Below, piece by piece: positions 22,780 through 31,706 of a DNA stretch of 32,000 bases. The notes below the pieces were generated by a model. That model saw nothing but the letters and a program-made list of their open reading frames with translations, did not search any database and was not told where the DNA came from. This DNA comes from Geotalea daltonii FRC-32 (GTDB taxonomy: Bacteria > Desulfobacterota > Desulfuromonadia > Geobacterales > Geobacteraceae): assembly GCF_000022265.1 (NCBI RefSeq), contig NC_011979.1:930001-962000 (forward strand), written 5' to 3'. Both the position numbers and the translations under genes were made by a program. The stretch's first letter is position 1. Every line of letters starts with the position of its first letter.

Positions 22780-25701
22780 ATGCCGAAGATGACCAGGCGC
22801 AACTTTCTCTGGCTTACCGGCGGAACCGGCGTGGCGCTGGCCGTCGATCCTCCGCGCAAGCTGGTCAACAAGCTGATTCCTCAAGTCATCCCTCCAGAAA
22901 ATATAAAACCGGGCGAATGGGCCTTTTTTGCCACCACTTGCCGTGAATGCCCGGCCGGGTGCGGTATGCACCTCTGGCACCGGGATGGCCGGATCACCAA
23001 GGCGGAAGGCAACCCGGACCATCCGGTGAACCGGGGAGGCCTTTGCCCCCGGGGGCAGTCGGCGCTGCAGGGACTGTATGATCCGGACCGGCTGCAGAAA
23101 ATCAGCTTTCGTCCCCAGAGGTCCGGCAATGAAGCTGTCGGCTGGCATGACGCCATTGCCGCCATCGGCAGCCGGCTGAAAGCAGGGGGCCGGGTTGCCT
23201 TGATGAGCAGCCTGCAGACCGGGTCATTGGCCGAGGTGATGAAGCATTTTGCCGCCGCCTTCGGTTCGGACCGGCTGTTATTTTACGAAGCGTTCAGCTA
23301 TGAGCCGCTGAAAGCCGCCCACGGCGAAGTGTTTGGCTTGCCGCTGGTACCGCGGTACCAGATACAGGAATGTGAGTTGATCGTCAGTTTCGCTGCCGAC
23401 TTCCTGGAATCATGGATCTCTCCGGTCTCCTTTGCCTCGCAATTTGGGGAGATGCATGGCTACCGCAACAACAGAGTCATGAACCGCATGGTTTATATCG
23501 GGCCGCGTCTTTCCATGACCGCTGCCAACGCCGACGAGTTCATGCAGGTGCCACCGGGGGCCGAGCGGCTGGTGGCGCTGAAGATGCTCCGGATAATCCT
23601 GGAAAAGGACTTGGGGAAGAATAACCTCTCCTCCATCAGCCGCACCATCGAGCGCCTGGTCGCCGAAGCGCCCGAACTGCCCGGAGTGGAGGATGCCAGG
23701 CTTGTTGATCTTTGCCGCACCTTCTGCTCGGCACGATCAAGCGTCGCCCTGGCCGCACCGGTGGGAAGCACAGGGCCTATGGCTACGGAAACGGCAATTG
23801 TTGCCGCCTTGCTTAATTATGCCGCCGGCCGTATCGGCCAGACCGTGGATTTCAGCCGGCATCACGCTCTATCAGATGTTGCCGGTGATGGCCAGGTCCG
23901 CCGTTTCCTCGCCTCTCTCGGTCCTGACGACACACTCTTTATCCACGACACCAATCCCTTGTTCAGCAGGGGGGATGCGGCGCTTCCCATCAGTCGTGCC
24001 GGGATGATCGTCTATCTTGGGACGCTGGAAAATGAAACGGCTGCGGCCTCGGACTGGATCTTGCCCATTGATTGCCCTCTTGAAACGTGGGGTGACTATG
24101 AGCCGGAGCAGGGAATTCGGGGCCTCATGCAGCCCACCATGCCGCGTCTTTACGATACCCGTGCCGTCGGCGACATCTTTCTCACCCTTGCCCAGGCAGC
24201 AGGGCGGCCGCTGGCCAAACGGGAAGGGGGGGCTCCTGTCGCTTCCTTCAGGGAATGGCTTACTCTGCGCTGGCAGGAGTTGCACCATAAAATCAGCCCG
24301 GCCCAGCCTTTCGAAAACTTCTGGAAAAGTGCCCTCAGCCGGGGCGGGGTGTGGAGCAGGAAAGAGCCGGCGCCAAATGCGCAATTCAGTGCCACCGCTG
24401 TCGGTCGCCTGAGCCCGGAGGCAAAACAGCCGCGAGCGGAGGCAGGGGAGGTCCAGGTCTGGCCATGGGGATCCATAATGCTCTTTGACGGTCGGACTGC
24501 AAATCGGGGCTGGATTCAGGAGGCACCGGACCCGGTTACCTTTATTGCCTGGGGCAATTGGATCGATATCAATGGCCGCACAGCAGCTGATCTGGAGATA
24601 CAAGACGGCGAGATGGCCGAATTGAAGACCGGGACAGGGGCCATCCGCGCCCCGGTCAGGATTACCGATGAGGTAGCGGGGCAGACGGCGGCAATCGCCT
24701 TTGGCCAAGGGCACACCGCCATGGGCAGGATCGCCGGGGGCATCGGCGCCAATCCATTTCTGCTCCTGGGGGCTGGGGAGCGGGATGTTTCCTTTGCCAG
24801 GGGAACCTTGCGCAAGGTGGGAGGAAAACGGGTCAACGATCCCACCTACACGACCCTGACCCGGCAACAGTGGCATCGGGAGCTTGTCCAATGGATACCC
24901 CTGTCCCAGGTGAGCCGCATGGAGCCCGGGGACGGGGAAGAGCTGATCATGCCTCTTCCGGAGGGCTACAAACCGGAGCGGGACCTGTATCCCAAGCGGG
25001 AATATCTGACGCACCGTTGGGCAATGGTCATTGACCTGCAGCGTTGCATCGGCTGCGGCGCCTGCGCCGTTGCCTGTTACGCGGAAAATAATATTGCCGT
25101 CATCGGCAAGGGCAAGGTTGGCGAAGGCCGGGAGATGGCCTGGCTGCGGGTGGCTCCCTACCATAAGCCGGGAGCCACCCGCCGTCTCGGCTGGTTGCCC
25201 CTCCTTTGTCAACATTGCGACGCCGCCCCCTGCGAGCCGGTCTGTCCTGTCTTCGCCGCCATGCACAACGAAGAGGGACTCAACGCCCAGATCTACAACC
25301 GCTGCATCGGCACCCGTTACTGCTCCAATAACTGCCCCTACAAGGTGCGGCGCTTCAACTGGGTCAACATAAACTGGCGCAAACCGCTGGACATGCAGCT
25401 GAATCCGGAGGTGACGGTGCGCAGCCGCGGAGTGATGGAGAAGTGTACCTTTTGCGTCCAGCGGATCCGCAACGCCGAGGCCCATGCAGCACGGGAAAAC
25501 CGGAAGATCCTGGACGGGGAAATCCAGCCGGCATGCGCACAAAGCTGCCCCACCAGAGTCTATACCTTCGGCGACCTCCTGGATCCTGCATCGGAAGTGA
25601 GCAGGCTGACCCGCGAGGATCCCCGTCGCTATCATTTGCTGGAGGAACTGAACACCAAGCCGGCAGTGACCTTTCTGCGCCGGGTGGATGGTGATTGGTG
25701 A
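22780..25701 (+). CDS. actB: Alternative Complex III subunit ActB (Tat-exported molybdopterin-like domain fused to a 4-cluster ferredoxin domain)
   Basis: Start trimmed to ATG 22780, after AGGAGGA. Twin-arginine signal is MTRRNFLWLTGGTGVALAV. The N-terminal domain is MopB-like with CRECPAGC...GGLCPRG. C-terminal Fe-S motifs are CIGCGACAVAC, CQHCDAAPCEPVCP, CIGTRYCSNNCP and CTFC...CAQSCP. ActC/D/F/A genes follow. Confidence 0.85.
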   Translation: MPKMTRRNFLWLTGGTGVALAVDPPRKLVNKLIPQVIPPENIKPGEWAFFATTCRECPAGCGMHLWHRDGRITKAEGNPDHPVNRGGLCPRGQSALQGLYDPDRLQKISFRPQRSGNEAVGWHDAIAAIGSRLKAGGRVALMSSLQTGSLAEVMKHFAAAFGSDRLLFYEAFSYEPLKAAHGEVFGLPLVPRYQIQECELIVSFAADFLESWISPVSFASQFGEMHGYRNNRVMNRMVYIGPRLSMTAANADEFMQVPPGAERLVALKMLRIILEKDLGKNNLSSISRTIERLVAEAPELPGVEDARLVDLCRTFCSARSSVALAAPVGSTGPMATETAIVAALLNYAAGRIGQTVDFSRHHALSDVAGDGQVRRFLASLGPDDTLFIHDTNPLFSRGDAALPISRAGMIVYLGTLENETAAASDWILPIDCPLETWGDYEPEQGIRGLMQPTMPRLYDTRAVGDIFLTLAQAAGRPLAKREGGAPVASFREWLTLRWQELHHKISPAQPFENFWKSALSRGGVWSRKEPAPNAQFSATAVGRLSPEAKQPRAEAGEVQVWPWGSIMLFDGRTANRGWIQEAPDPVTFIAWGNWIDINGRTAADLEIQDGEMAELKTGTGAIRAPVRITDEVAGQTAAIAFGQGHTAMGRIAGGIGANPFLLLGAGERDVSFARGTLRKVGGKRVNDPTYTTLTRQQWHRELVQWIPLSQVSRMEPGDGEELIMPLPEGYKPERDLYPKREYLTHRWAMVIDLQRCIGCGACAVACYAENNIAVIGKGKVGEGREMAWLRVAPYHKPGATRRLGWLPLLCQHCDAAPCEPVCPVFAAMHNEEGLNAQIYNRCIGTRYCSNNCPYKVRRFNWVNINWRKPLDMQLNPEVTVRSRGVMEKCTFCVQRIRNAEAHAARENRKILDGEIQPACAQSCPTRVYTFGDLLDPASEVSRLTREDPRRYHLLEELNTKPAVTFLRRVDGDW

Positions 25702-25759
25702 TTGGTGATTGGTGGGGAGTGAGGAGTGAGGAGTGAGGAGTGAGGAGTGAGGAGTGAGG
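25690..25759 (+). repeat. Two adjacent heptanucleotide tandem arrays: (GGTGATT)x3 then (AGTGAGG)x6
   Basis: GGTGATT units start at 25690, 25697 and 25704, followed by a degenerate GGTGGGG. AGTGAGG units start at 25718, 25725, 25732, 25739, 25746 and 25753. The actB stop (25699-25701) lies in the first array. The second array ends about 15 nt before the probable actC start. Confidence 0.95.
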
Positions 25760-25774
25760 GGGTCTGGAGGTACT

Positions 25775-27649
25775 GTGGCCGATCTGAAGTACGGTGACAT
25801 AAACGATGATGTGCTGAACGCCATGCAGACGCCCCGGGCGCCTTATTTTGCCGCAGTTGCCCTGCTGGCGGCGGGCATCGGCTGGGGCGCGCTGGTCTGG
25901 CTTTACCAGATGCAGGCGGGGATGGGGGTCACCGGGCTGAACCGTCCGGTGGGCTGGGCCGTCTATATCGGCAATTTCGTCTTCTGGGTGGGAATAGCCC
26001 ACTCGGGGACGCTCATCTCGGCTATCCTGTACCTGTTGCGGGCCAACTGGCGGGATGCGGTCTCCCGCTCCTCCGAGGCCATGACCATCTTCGCCATCAT
26101 GACCGCCGGCCTGTTTCCTCTCATTCACCTGGGCAGGGTCTGGGTCCTTTACTACATCATTCCCTACCCGTCCCAGCGGCAGCTCTGGCCGAACTTCCTC
26201 AGCCCTCTCGTCTGGGACGTCTGCGCCGTTGGCACCTATTTCACCGTCAGTCTTATCTTCTGGCTGGTGGGTATGATTCCCGACCTGGCTGCTGCCCGGG
26301 ACCGTTACGAAGAAAAATACGGTCCTCAGAACATCCGTGCCAGTATCTACCGGATCATGGCCCTCGGCTGGTCGGGGACGGGAAACCAATGGCGCCATTA
26401 CGGCCGGTCCTATCTCTATTTTGCCGCCCTGGCCACCCCCCTGGTGATCTCGGTACACTCGGTCGTTTCCTGGGATTTCGCCATGAGCCTCCTCCCTGGC
26501 TGGCACTCCACAATATTTCCCCCCTATTTCGTGGCCGGGGCGATCCATTCCGGGCTGGCCATGGTGCTGACGCTCCTCATACCCATGCGCAAGCTGCTGC
26601 ATCTGGAGCGGCTGATCCAGCGCCACCATTTCGAGATGGTGGCCAAGACTATCATTCTCACTGCTGCCATCGTCGGCTATTCCTATGCCTGCGAGGTCTT
26701 CATCGCCTGGTACTCGGGCAATCCCTTCGAATGGCAATTCTACAAGTGGCGGATGACCGGGCCCGCAGCCTGGATCTTCTGGCTGATCATTCCCCTCAAT
26801 GTCCTCATCCCCCTGACGTTCGTCTTCAAAAAGGTGAGGACCAATTTCATTCTACTCTTCGTCATCTCGCTCCTTATCAACCTGGGAATGTGGCTGGAGC
26901 GCCTTTTCATCGTCTATACCTCCACTGCCCACGATTTTATTCCCCATAACTGGGGCGGTTATATCCCAACCTGGGTGGAAATAAGTATAACGGCGGCCTC
27001 GGCGGCCTTTTTCTTTTTCTGGTTTTTTGGTTTCAGCAAGATTCTGCCCACCGTTCCCCTGAGCGATCTCAAAGGGCGGATCGCCGACGAGGAGATCGAA
27101 CCGACCGGCTGCTGCGAAACCAAGGTCAGACAGAAAGTGCAGGGGGGAAGCTCGTCGGTGCTGGCGGTATTCTCCAACGCCGGAAGACTCGTGAAAGCGG
27201 TAAAGCTGGTCTGCGATGCGGGATACAGGGAGATGGAGACCTTTACCCCGGTGAAGGTCGAGGTGGTGGAAAAGGTAATGGGGCACCCGAAAAGCCCGGT
27301 GCGGTTCTGGACGCTGGCCGGGGCGCTGGCCGGTCTTGCCGGCGGATTGTGGCTTGCCGTAGGCACGGCCCTGGTCAATAGCATCATCGTCGGCGGCAAA
27401 CCCCCTGTCGCCATCATCCCCTATTGCGTCATCGCCTTCGAGGGGACGATCCTTCTGGGCAGCATCGCAAATTTGACAGGCCTGGTCCTGCATTCGCGCC
27501 TCTACCGGCTGAAGGTCAGTCCGTTCTACGACCGGCGCTTCAGTCGGGATAAATTCGGACTGCTGGTAAGCTGCGGCGAAGGGAATATCCAAAGTTTGCA
27601 GGGGATGCTTTCCAGCGCTGCAGCGGAGGAGATTCATGTCCACCACTGA
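25775..27649 (+). CDS. actCD: Fused ACIII subunits ActC (NrfD/PsrC-like quinol-interacting membrane subunit) and ActD (DUF3341)
   Basis: The NrfD-like multi-TM body begins ADLKYGDINDDVLNAM. The C-terminal ~170 aa match the ActD/DUF3341 pattern: VLAVFSNAGRLVKAVKLVCDAGYREMETFTPVKVE...GGKPPVAIIPYCVIAFEGTILLGS...RDKFGLLV. Start is uncertain: GTG 25775 after GGAGG is preferred, and the ORF-track GTG 25754 lies inside the repeat. Confidence 0.8.
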   Translation: MADLKYGDINDDVLNAMQTPRAPYFAAVALLAAGIGWGALVWLYQMQAGMGVTGLNRPVGWAVYIGNFVFWVGIAHSGTLISAILYLLRANWRDAVSRSSEAMTIFAIMTAGLFPLIHLGRVWVLYYIIPYPSQRQLWPNFLSPLVWDVCAVGTYFTVSLIFWLVGMIPDLAAARDRYEEKYGPQNIRASIYRIMALGWSGTGNQWRHYGRSYLYFAALATPLVISVHSVVSWDFAMSLLPGWHSTIFPPYFVAGAIHSGLAMVLTLLIPMRKLLHLERLIQRHHFEMVAKTIILTAAIVGYSYACEVFIAWYSGNPFEWQFYKWRMTGPAAWIFWLIIPLNVLIPLTFVFKKVRTNFILLFVISLLINLGMWLERLFIVYTSTAHDFIPHNWGGYIPTWVEISITAASAAFFFFWFFGFSKILPTVPLSDLKGRIADEEIEPTGCCETKVRQKVQGGSSSVLAVFSNAGRLVKAVKLVCDAGYREMETFTPVKVEVVEKVMGHPKSPVRFWTLAGALAGLAGGLWLAVGTALVNSIIVGGKPPVAIIPYCVIAFEGTILLGSIANLTGLVLHSRLYRLKVSPFYDRRFSRDKFGLLVSCGEGNIQSLQGMLSSAAAEEIHVHH

Positions 27650-28718
27650 CCGGCCAGGACAAAGCTTTGGTTATGCCTCCTTCTTCTGGGGGGGGCTTGC
27701 CATATGTGGTATCGGCCTCTGGGTGTTCTCAATCAATACGGCAGCGGCGCCCCAAGGCTGGCGGGCACTGCTTATCAATTTCCTCTTTTTCAGTTCCCTT
27801 GCCGGTGGGCTCACCACCTGGCCGGCGGTGGTGCGGGCCTGCAATGGACGGTGGCCCGGGGAGCTGGAGCGGGTGGCTTTCTCCGCCATTGCCTTTGCCG
27901 TTCCTTCGCTGCTGGCGTTGGTGCTGCTCTGGGTCGGCAGCAACAGGTGGTCTCCCTGGTACGACATCGAATATCACCAGGGTGGCTGGCTGAACAACTC
28001 CTTCGTCTTCGGCCGGGATCTGGCGGGGCTGGCGGTGTTCTGGCTGACCGCGGTCCGCTATCTCGTTGCCCGCCGCAACGGTCAGGGGAGTGTTTGGGGC
28101 GGCCTCCTCATTGTCACTTACAGCCTGGTTTTCTCCCTGCTCGGCTTTGATCTGGTGATGGCCCTTGATCCCGAATGGTACAGCACCCTGCTTGGGGGAT
28201 ATTTTTTCATCTCCGGCCTTTATATTGCCTCTGCCGCCTGGGCCTTTCTGGCCGTCTGGCAGCGGGAGACCCGGGAAGAGCAGCTGATGGACCTGGGGCG
28301 GCTGATAGTCGCCTTCAGCCTCATGGCCACCTATCTCATGTATGCCCATCTTCTCCCCATCTGGTACGAGAACCTGCCTGACGAAACCAGATTCCTGGCG
28401 CCAAGGCTCAATTTCCAACCCTGGCTGGGGGTGAGCTACCTCCTCCTGGGGCTTGTCTACCTGGGGCCGCTGGTGCTGCTTCTTACGGAGCGATCCAAGC
28501 GCAACCGCTGGTCCCTTGGGGGCATTTCCCTCCTTGTCCTCTGTGGCATGTGGATCGAACGCTGGTGGCTGGTAACCCCCGTTTTCGATAAAAACCTCAA
28601 TCTCGGCCTGGCTGAGCTTTCCGTGGCCATGGCCTTCGCCGGTCTGCTGGGTATGGGCATGGAGCAGTTCCAGCGTCGACTCCCGGCGAACTGTTTCCGG
28701 TCCGAGGATGAAAAGTGA
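27636..28718 (+). CDS. actF: ACIII second NrfD-like membrane subunit (ActF-like)
   Basis: 360-aa polytopic membrane protein. Its ATG follows GGAGGAG and overlaps the actCD end by 14 nt. Position and topology fit the second quinol-oxidoreductase membrane subunit of ACIII clusters. Confidence 0.7.
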   Translation: MSTTDRPGQSFGYASFFWGGLAICGIGLWVFSINTAAAPQGWRALLINFLFFSSLAGGLTTWPAVVRACNGRWPGELERVAFSAIAFAVPSLLALVLLWVGSNRWSPWYDIEYHQGGWLNNSFVFGRDLAGLAVFWLTAVRYLVARRNGQGSVWGGLLIVTYSLVFSLLGFDLVMALDPEWYSTLLGGYFFISGLYIASAAWAFLAVWQRETREEQLMDLGRLIVAFSLMATYLMYAHLLPIWYENLPDETRFLAPRLNFQPWLGVSYLLLGLVYLGPLVLLLTERSKRNRWSLGGISLLVLCGMWIERWWLVTPVFDKNLNLGLAELSVAMAFAGLLGMGMEQFQRRLPANCFRSEDEK

Positions 28719-29260
28719 GAATGCCGTGGCAGACGGAGAGAACCAGGAAACGAACCGGCCTGGCATCGGCATTGGCCGCAGTGGTAGTGCTGCTGCTGAC
28801 GGCGATCATGCTGGTGCTTTTCCATGTCGTGTACCCGGCCGGGCTCGGGCCGCGGCAGCCGATACCCTTCAGTCACCGGGTTCATGTGCATGTGAAAAAG
28901 ATCAGTTGCCTGATGTGCCATACGACGGTGATGGAAGGGCGACACGCCGGCATTCCGCCCCTGCAGACTTGCATGTTATGCCACCAGCGGATCATCAAGA
29001 CTTATCCGTACATTCTGGAGCTGCGGCAGACCTTTGCTAAAGGCAAGCCGGTCATTTGGCAGCGGGTCAACTGGGTGTCCGAATTCGTCTATTTCGATCA
29101 CTCGATGCATCTGCGCCAGGGGATCGACTGTAGTTACTGCCACGGCAATGTGACGATGATGGACCGGGTGGTGGCTGCGAGGAAGTTCGAGATGGGTTTC
29201 TGTATCGATTGTCATCGCCGGAAGAATGCTACGCACGACTGTTTTACCTGTCATAGGTGA
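28715..29260 (+). CDS. actA: Membrane-anchored pentahaem cytochrome c (ActA-like)
   Basis: Five CxxCH motifs: CLMCH, CMLCH, CSYCH, CIDCH, CFTCH. N-terminal anchor is LASALAAVVVLLLTAIMLVLF. GTG 28715 overlaps the actF stop; ATG 28721 is an alternative start. Confidence 0.85.
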   Translation: MRMPWQTERTRKRTGLASALAAVVVLLLTAIMLVLFHVVYPAGLGPRQPIPFSHRVHVHVKKISCLMCHTTVMEGRHAGIPPLQTCMLCHQRIIKTYPYILELRQTFAKGKPVIWQRVNWVSEFVYFDHSMHLRQGIDCSYCHGNVTMMDRVVAARKFEMGFCIDCHRRKNATHDCFTCHR

Positions 29261-29283
29261 TGATTAGCTAACCTTCCCCCCGG

Positions 29284-29306
29284 CCCCCTCCCATAAAGGA
29301 AGGGGG
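29284..29306 (+). promoter_or_regulatory. Intercistronic stem-loop between actA and ccoN
   Basis: CCCCCTCCC (29284-29292), ATAAA loop, GGAAGGGGG (29298-29306). That is 8 of 9 pairs. No T-tract follows, so it is more likely a processing, stability or attenuation element than a full terminator. Confidence 0.35.
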
Positions 29307-29329
29307 AGAGAAAATACAAAGGTTGTACG

Positions 29330-30721
29330 ATGCCCAAATTCTTCGACAAACCCCAGAGCGCTTCACTGGCCTTCATGGTTGCCGGCGCCTTCTGGTTCGT
29401 GGTGGGGGCGCTCTACGGCATGATTTCGGCCATTCACCTGGTCTCGCCCGAGTTCTTGCCCAACGTTTCCTGGCTGGTTTTCGGCCGTGAGCGGCCGGTG
29501 CATGTGAACACCATGCTCTATGGTTTTGTCGGCACCATGCTTATCGGCTGCGGTCTCTATTATACCCCTGCTCTTTTGCGCACCAGGCTGTGGTCGGAGC
29601 GGCTGGCCTGGGCCAGCTTCTTCCTCTGGAACATCACCATCCTGAGTGGACCGTTGGGCTTTTCCTTCGGCCATACCCAGGGGCGGGAGTACAACGAATA
29701 TATCTGGAGCGCCGACATGATCCTGATGGTGGCGGTGCTGCTCCTCATCTGCAATGTGGTGATGACCATCGCCAACCGCACAGAAGAGCAGCTCTATGTT
29801 TCGGTCTGGTATTTCATGGCCACCTTTCTCTGGACGGCCGGCAATTATCCCTTGGGCAATGTCATGTGGCGTCCGGCTACAGGCGCCATGCCGGGGTTGA
29901 TCGACTCCCTTTTCCTCTGGTTCTGGGGGCACAATCTGCCGGGGCTCCTCATCACGCCTCTTGCCACCGGAGCAGCCTATTTCGTCATCCCGCGCATGGC
30001 CAGGACGCCGCTCAACTCCCATACCCTCTCACTGCTGGGCTTCTGGCTGCTCATCGCCCTCTATAGCCATATCGGCGGTCATCATGTGCTGCAGTCCCCC
30101 ATTCCCAACTGGCTGAAGGCGGTCTCGATTGTCGATTCGGTGGCCATGGTGGTTCCGGTCTCCATAGTGGTTCTCAATCTGTGGCTGACCGCCCGCCAGC
30201 GGGGAAGGCTCATCTGGGGAGACCCTGCAGCCCGGCTGATCATGGCGGGTATCGCCTGGTATCTCATCACCTGCATCCAGGGGCCGGTGCAGTCGCTTCC
30301 CTATCTGCAGCGGGTCACCCACTTCAATAATTGGACCGTCGGCCATGCCCATATTGCCATGCTCGGCTTCGGCGGCTATATCGCCCTCGGCGCCATGTAC
30401 CACATCCTGCCACTGGTGACGGGCCGCTGTATCTACTCGAACAGGCTGGTAAACCTCCAGTTCGGCCTCATCACCTTCGGCCTGACCGGCTTTTTCATCG
30501 TCCTCACCATCGCCGGCCTGATCCAGGGCAACGCCTGGAACAACGGCGAGACCGTCTATCGGGTGCTGCCCCAATTGGCCCCATACTTCATCTCACGGGC
30601 CGCACTGGGTGTGTTCATCCTGACCGGCGCCAGCGTCGGCTTTTACAACGTGGTGATGAGCATCCGAGCCGGTCGGGAGCTTTCAGTCGGTGAGCTGCAG
30701 CGGGCGGAGGAAGCGGCATGA
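29330..30721 (+). CDS. ccoN: cbb3-type cytochrome c oxidase subunit I (CcoN)
   Basis: 12-TM haem-copper oxidase pattern with WFWGHNLPG, HIGGHH and NWTVGHAHIAMLGFGG, as in C-family oxidases. A CcoO-type gene follows directly with an ATGA overlap. Confidence 0.85.
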   Translation: MPKFFDKPQSASLAFMVAGAFWFVVGALYGMISAIHLVSPEFLPNVSWLVFGRERPVHVNTMLYGFVGTMLIGCGLYYTPALLRTRLWSERLAWASFFLWNITILSGPLGFSFGHTQGREYNEYIWSADMILMVAVLLLICNVVMTIANRTEEQLYVSVWYFMATFLWTAGNYPLGNVMWRPATGAMPGLIDSLFLWFWGHNLPGLLITPLATGAAYFVIPRMARTPLNSHTLSLLGFWLLIALYSHIGGHHVLQSPIPNWLKAVSIVDSVAMVVPVSIVVLNLWLTARQRGRLIWGDPAARLIMAGIAWYLITCIQGPVQSLPYLQRVTHFNNWTVGHAHIAMLGFGGYIALGAMYHILPLVTGRCIYSNRLVNLQFGLITFGLTGFFIVLTIAGLIQGNAWNNGETVYRVLPQLAPYFISRAALGVFILTGASVGFYNVVMSIRAGRELSVGELQRAEEAA

Positions 30722-31704
30722 AGATGACCCCGGCCTTGCTCATCGTTGGGGCGCTGATGGTCTTCTGGGCCTCCACCTTCGTCATCATCGGCCTGCCGGT
30801 CATGACCATGAGCGATAAGCCTTCGGAGATCTGGCGGCCGATGACTTCGGCAGAGCGGGAAGGGCACCGCCTCTATGTGCAGAATGGCTGCAGTTACTGC
30901 CATTCTCTCTTTATCCGCATCAACGACTGGGACATTGGCGCTGAACGGATCGCCGAGAGCGGTGACTACGTAGCCCAGGAGCCTGCCATTCTCGGTAGTG
31001 AGCGCACCGGCCCCGATCTTTCTCAAGAAGGGGGGGAGCATTCCGATGACTGGCACAAGGCCCACTTCATCAATCCCCGTTACACCAGCCCCATTTCATT
31101 GATGCCGTCATGGGAGTTTCTTGGCGAGGAGAAGATCCGCAAACTGACGGCCTATATTCAGGCACTGGGGTGGAAGATGGCTGATGTGCGGGTCGCCCGC
31201 CAGCAACAGTGGAAGCAGCAGGCAGTTACCGCTTATGAATCCGGCGCCGATGCCAACATCAAGTGGCTGCACGGCCAGGTTCCCGTCGTCTGGCGACCGA
31301 TGCCCAACCCTTACCCAGCTTCGCCGGCGGCCCTGTTGCGGGGTAAACGGATCTACCAGGAGTTCTGCATCAACTGCCATGGTCCCATCGGTGACGGTAA
31401 GGGGCCTGCCGCCTCCCACCTCTACCCGCCGCCGCTGGATTTTACGACATTGAGGAGGCACCTGGAGGCCAACCGTTACATCGGCGGCATCTTCTACTAC
31501 CAGATCATGAACGGCATCACCGGCACCGCCATGCCCTACTTCAAGAAGCACCTGGAGTCGGAAAAGATCTGGGACCTGGCCAATTACCTGGGGGTGAGCT
31601 TTCTCGGCTATACGGATGCCAACATCGGGCCGCGGGGGATCGATGCCTCCTTTGAAGAGTTGTGGCGCAATCAATACCGTCCGCCGAGCAAAACGGGAGA
31701 GTGA
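30718..31704 (+). CDS. ccoO: cbb3 oxidase subunit II (CcoO) fused to an extra C-terminal monohaem cytochrome c domain (CcoP-like)
   Basis: The CcoO core is EREGHRLYVQNGCSYCHSLFIR...GPDLSQEGGEHSDDWHKAHFINPRYTSPISLMPSW. A second haem site CINCHGPIGDGKGPAA, with distal MPYF, lies in the C-terminal ~130 aa. Confidence 0.8.
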   Translation: MKMTPALLIVGALMVFWASTFVIIGLPVMTMSDKPSEIWRPMTSAEREGHRLYVQNGCSYCHSLFIRINDWDIGAERIAESGDYVAQEPAILGSERTGPDLSQEGGEHSDDWHKAHFINPRYTSPISLMPSWEFLGEEKIRKLTAYIQALGWKMADVRVARQQQWKQQAVTAYESGADANIKWLHGQVPVVWRPMPNPYPASPAALLRGKRIYQEFCINCHGPIGDGKGPAASHLYPPPLDFTTLRRHLEANRYIGGIFYYQIMNGITGTAMPYFKKHLESEKIWDLANYLGVSFLGYTDANIGPRGIDASFEELWRNQYRPPSKTGE

Positions 31705-31706
31705 TC

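Noticed and set aside
25690-25759. The tandem repeat considered as a CRISPR array or as coding repeats. The minus-strand ORFs translate it as PHSSLLT repeats.
   Set aside because: The units are 7 nt with no spacers, so it is not CRISPR. The repeat lies between two well-supported genes, and the antisense ORFs containing it are shadow ORFs.
23872-25824. A 650-aa ORF on the minus strand. Similar long antisense ORFs occur at 25364-26737, 26852-27646, 27729-28772, 18772-20427, 11200-12393, 16494-17426 and 14656-15465.
   Set aside because: All lie antisense to genes with clear family signatures. Their translations are Arg/Gly/Pro/His-rich low-complexity strings with no motifs, no RBS-supported starts and no signal or TM logic. 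These are typical shadow ORFs of GC-rich coding DNA.
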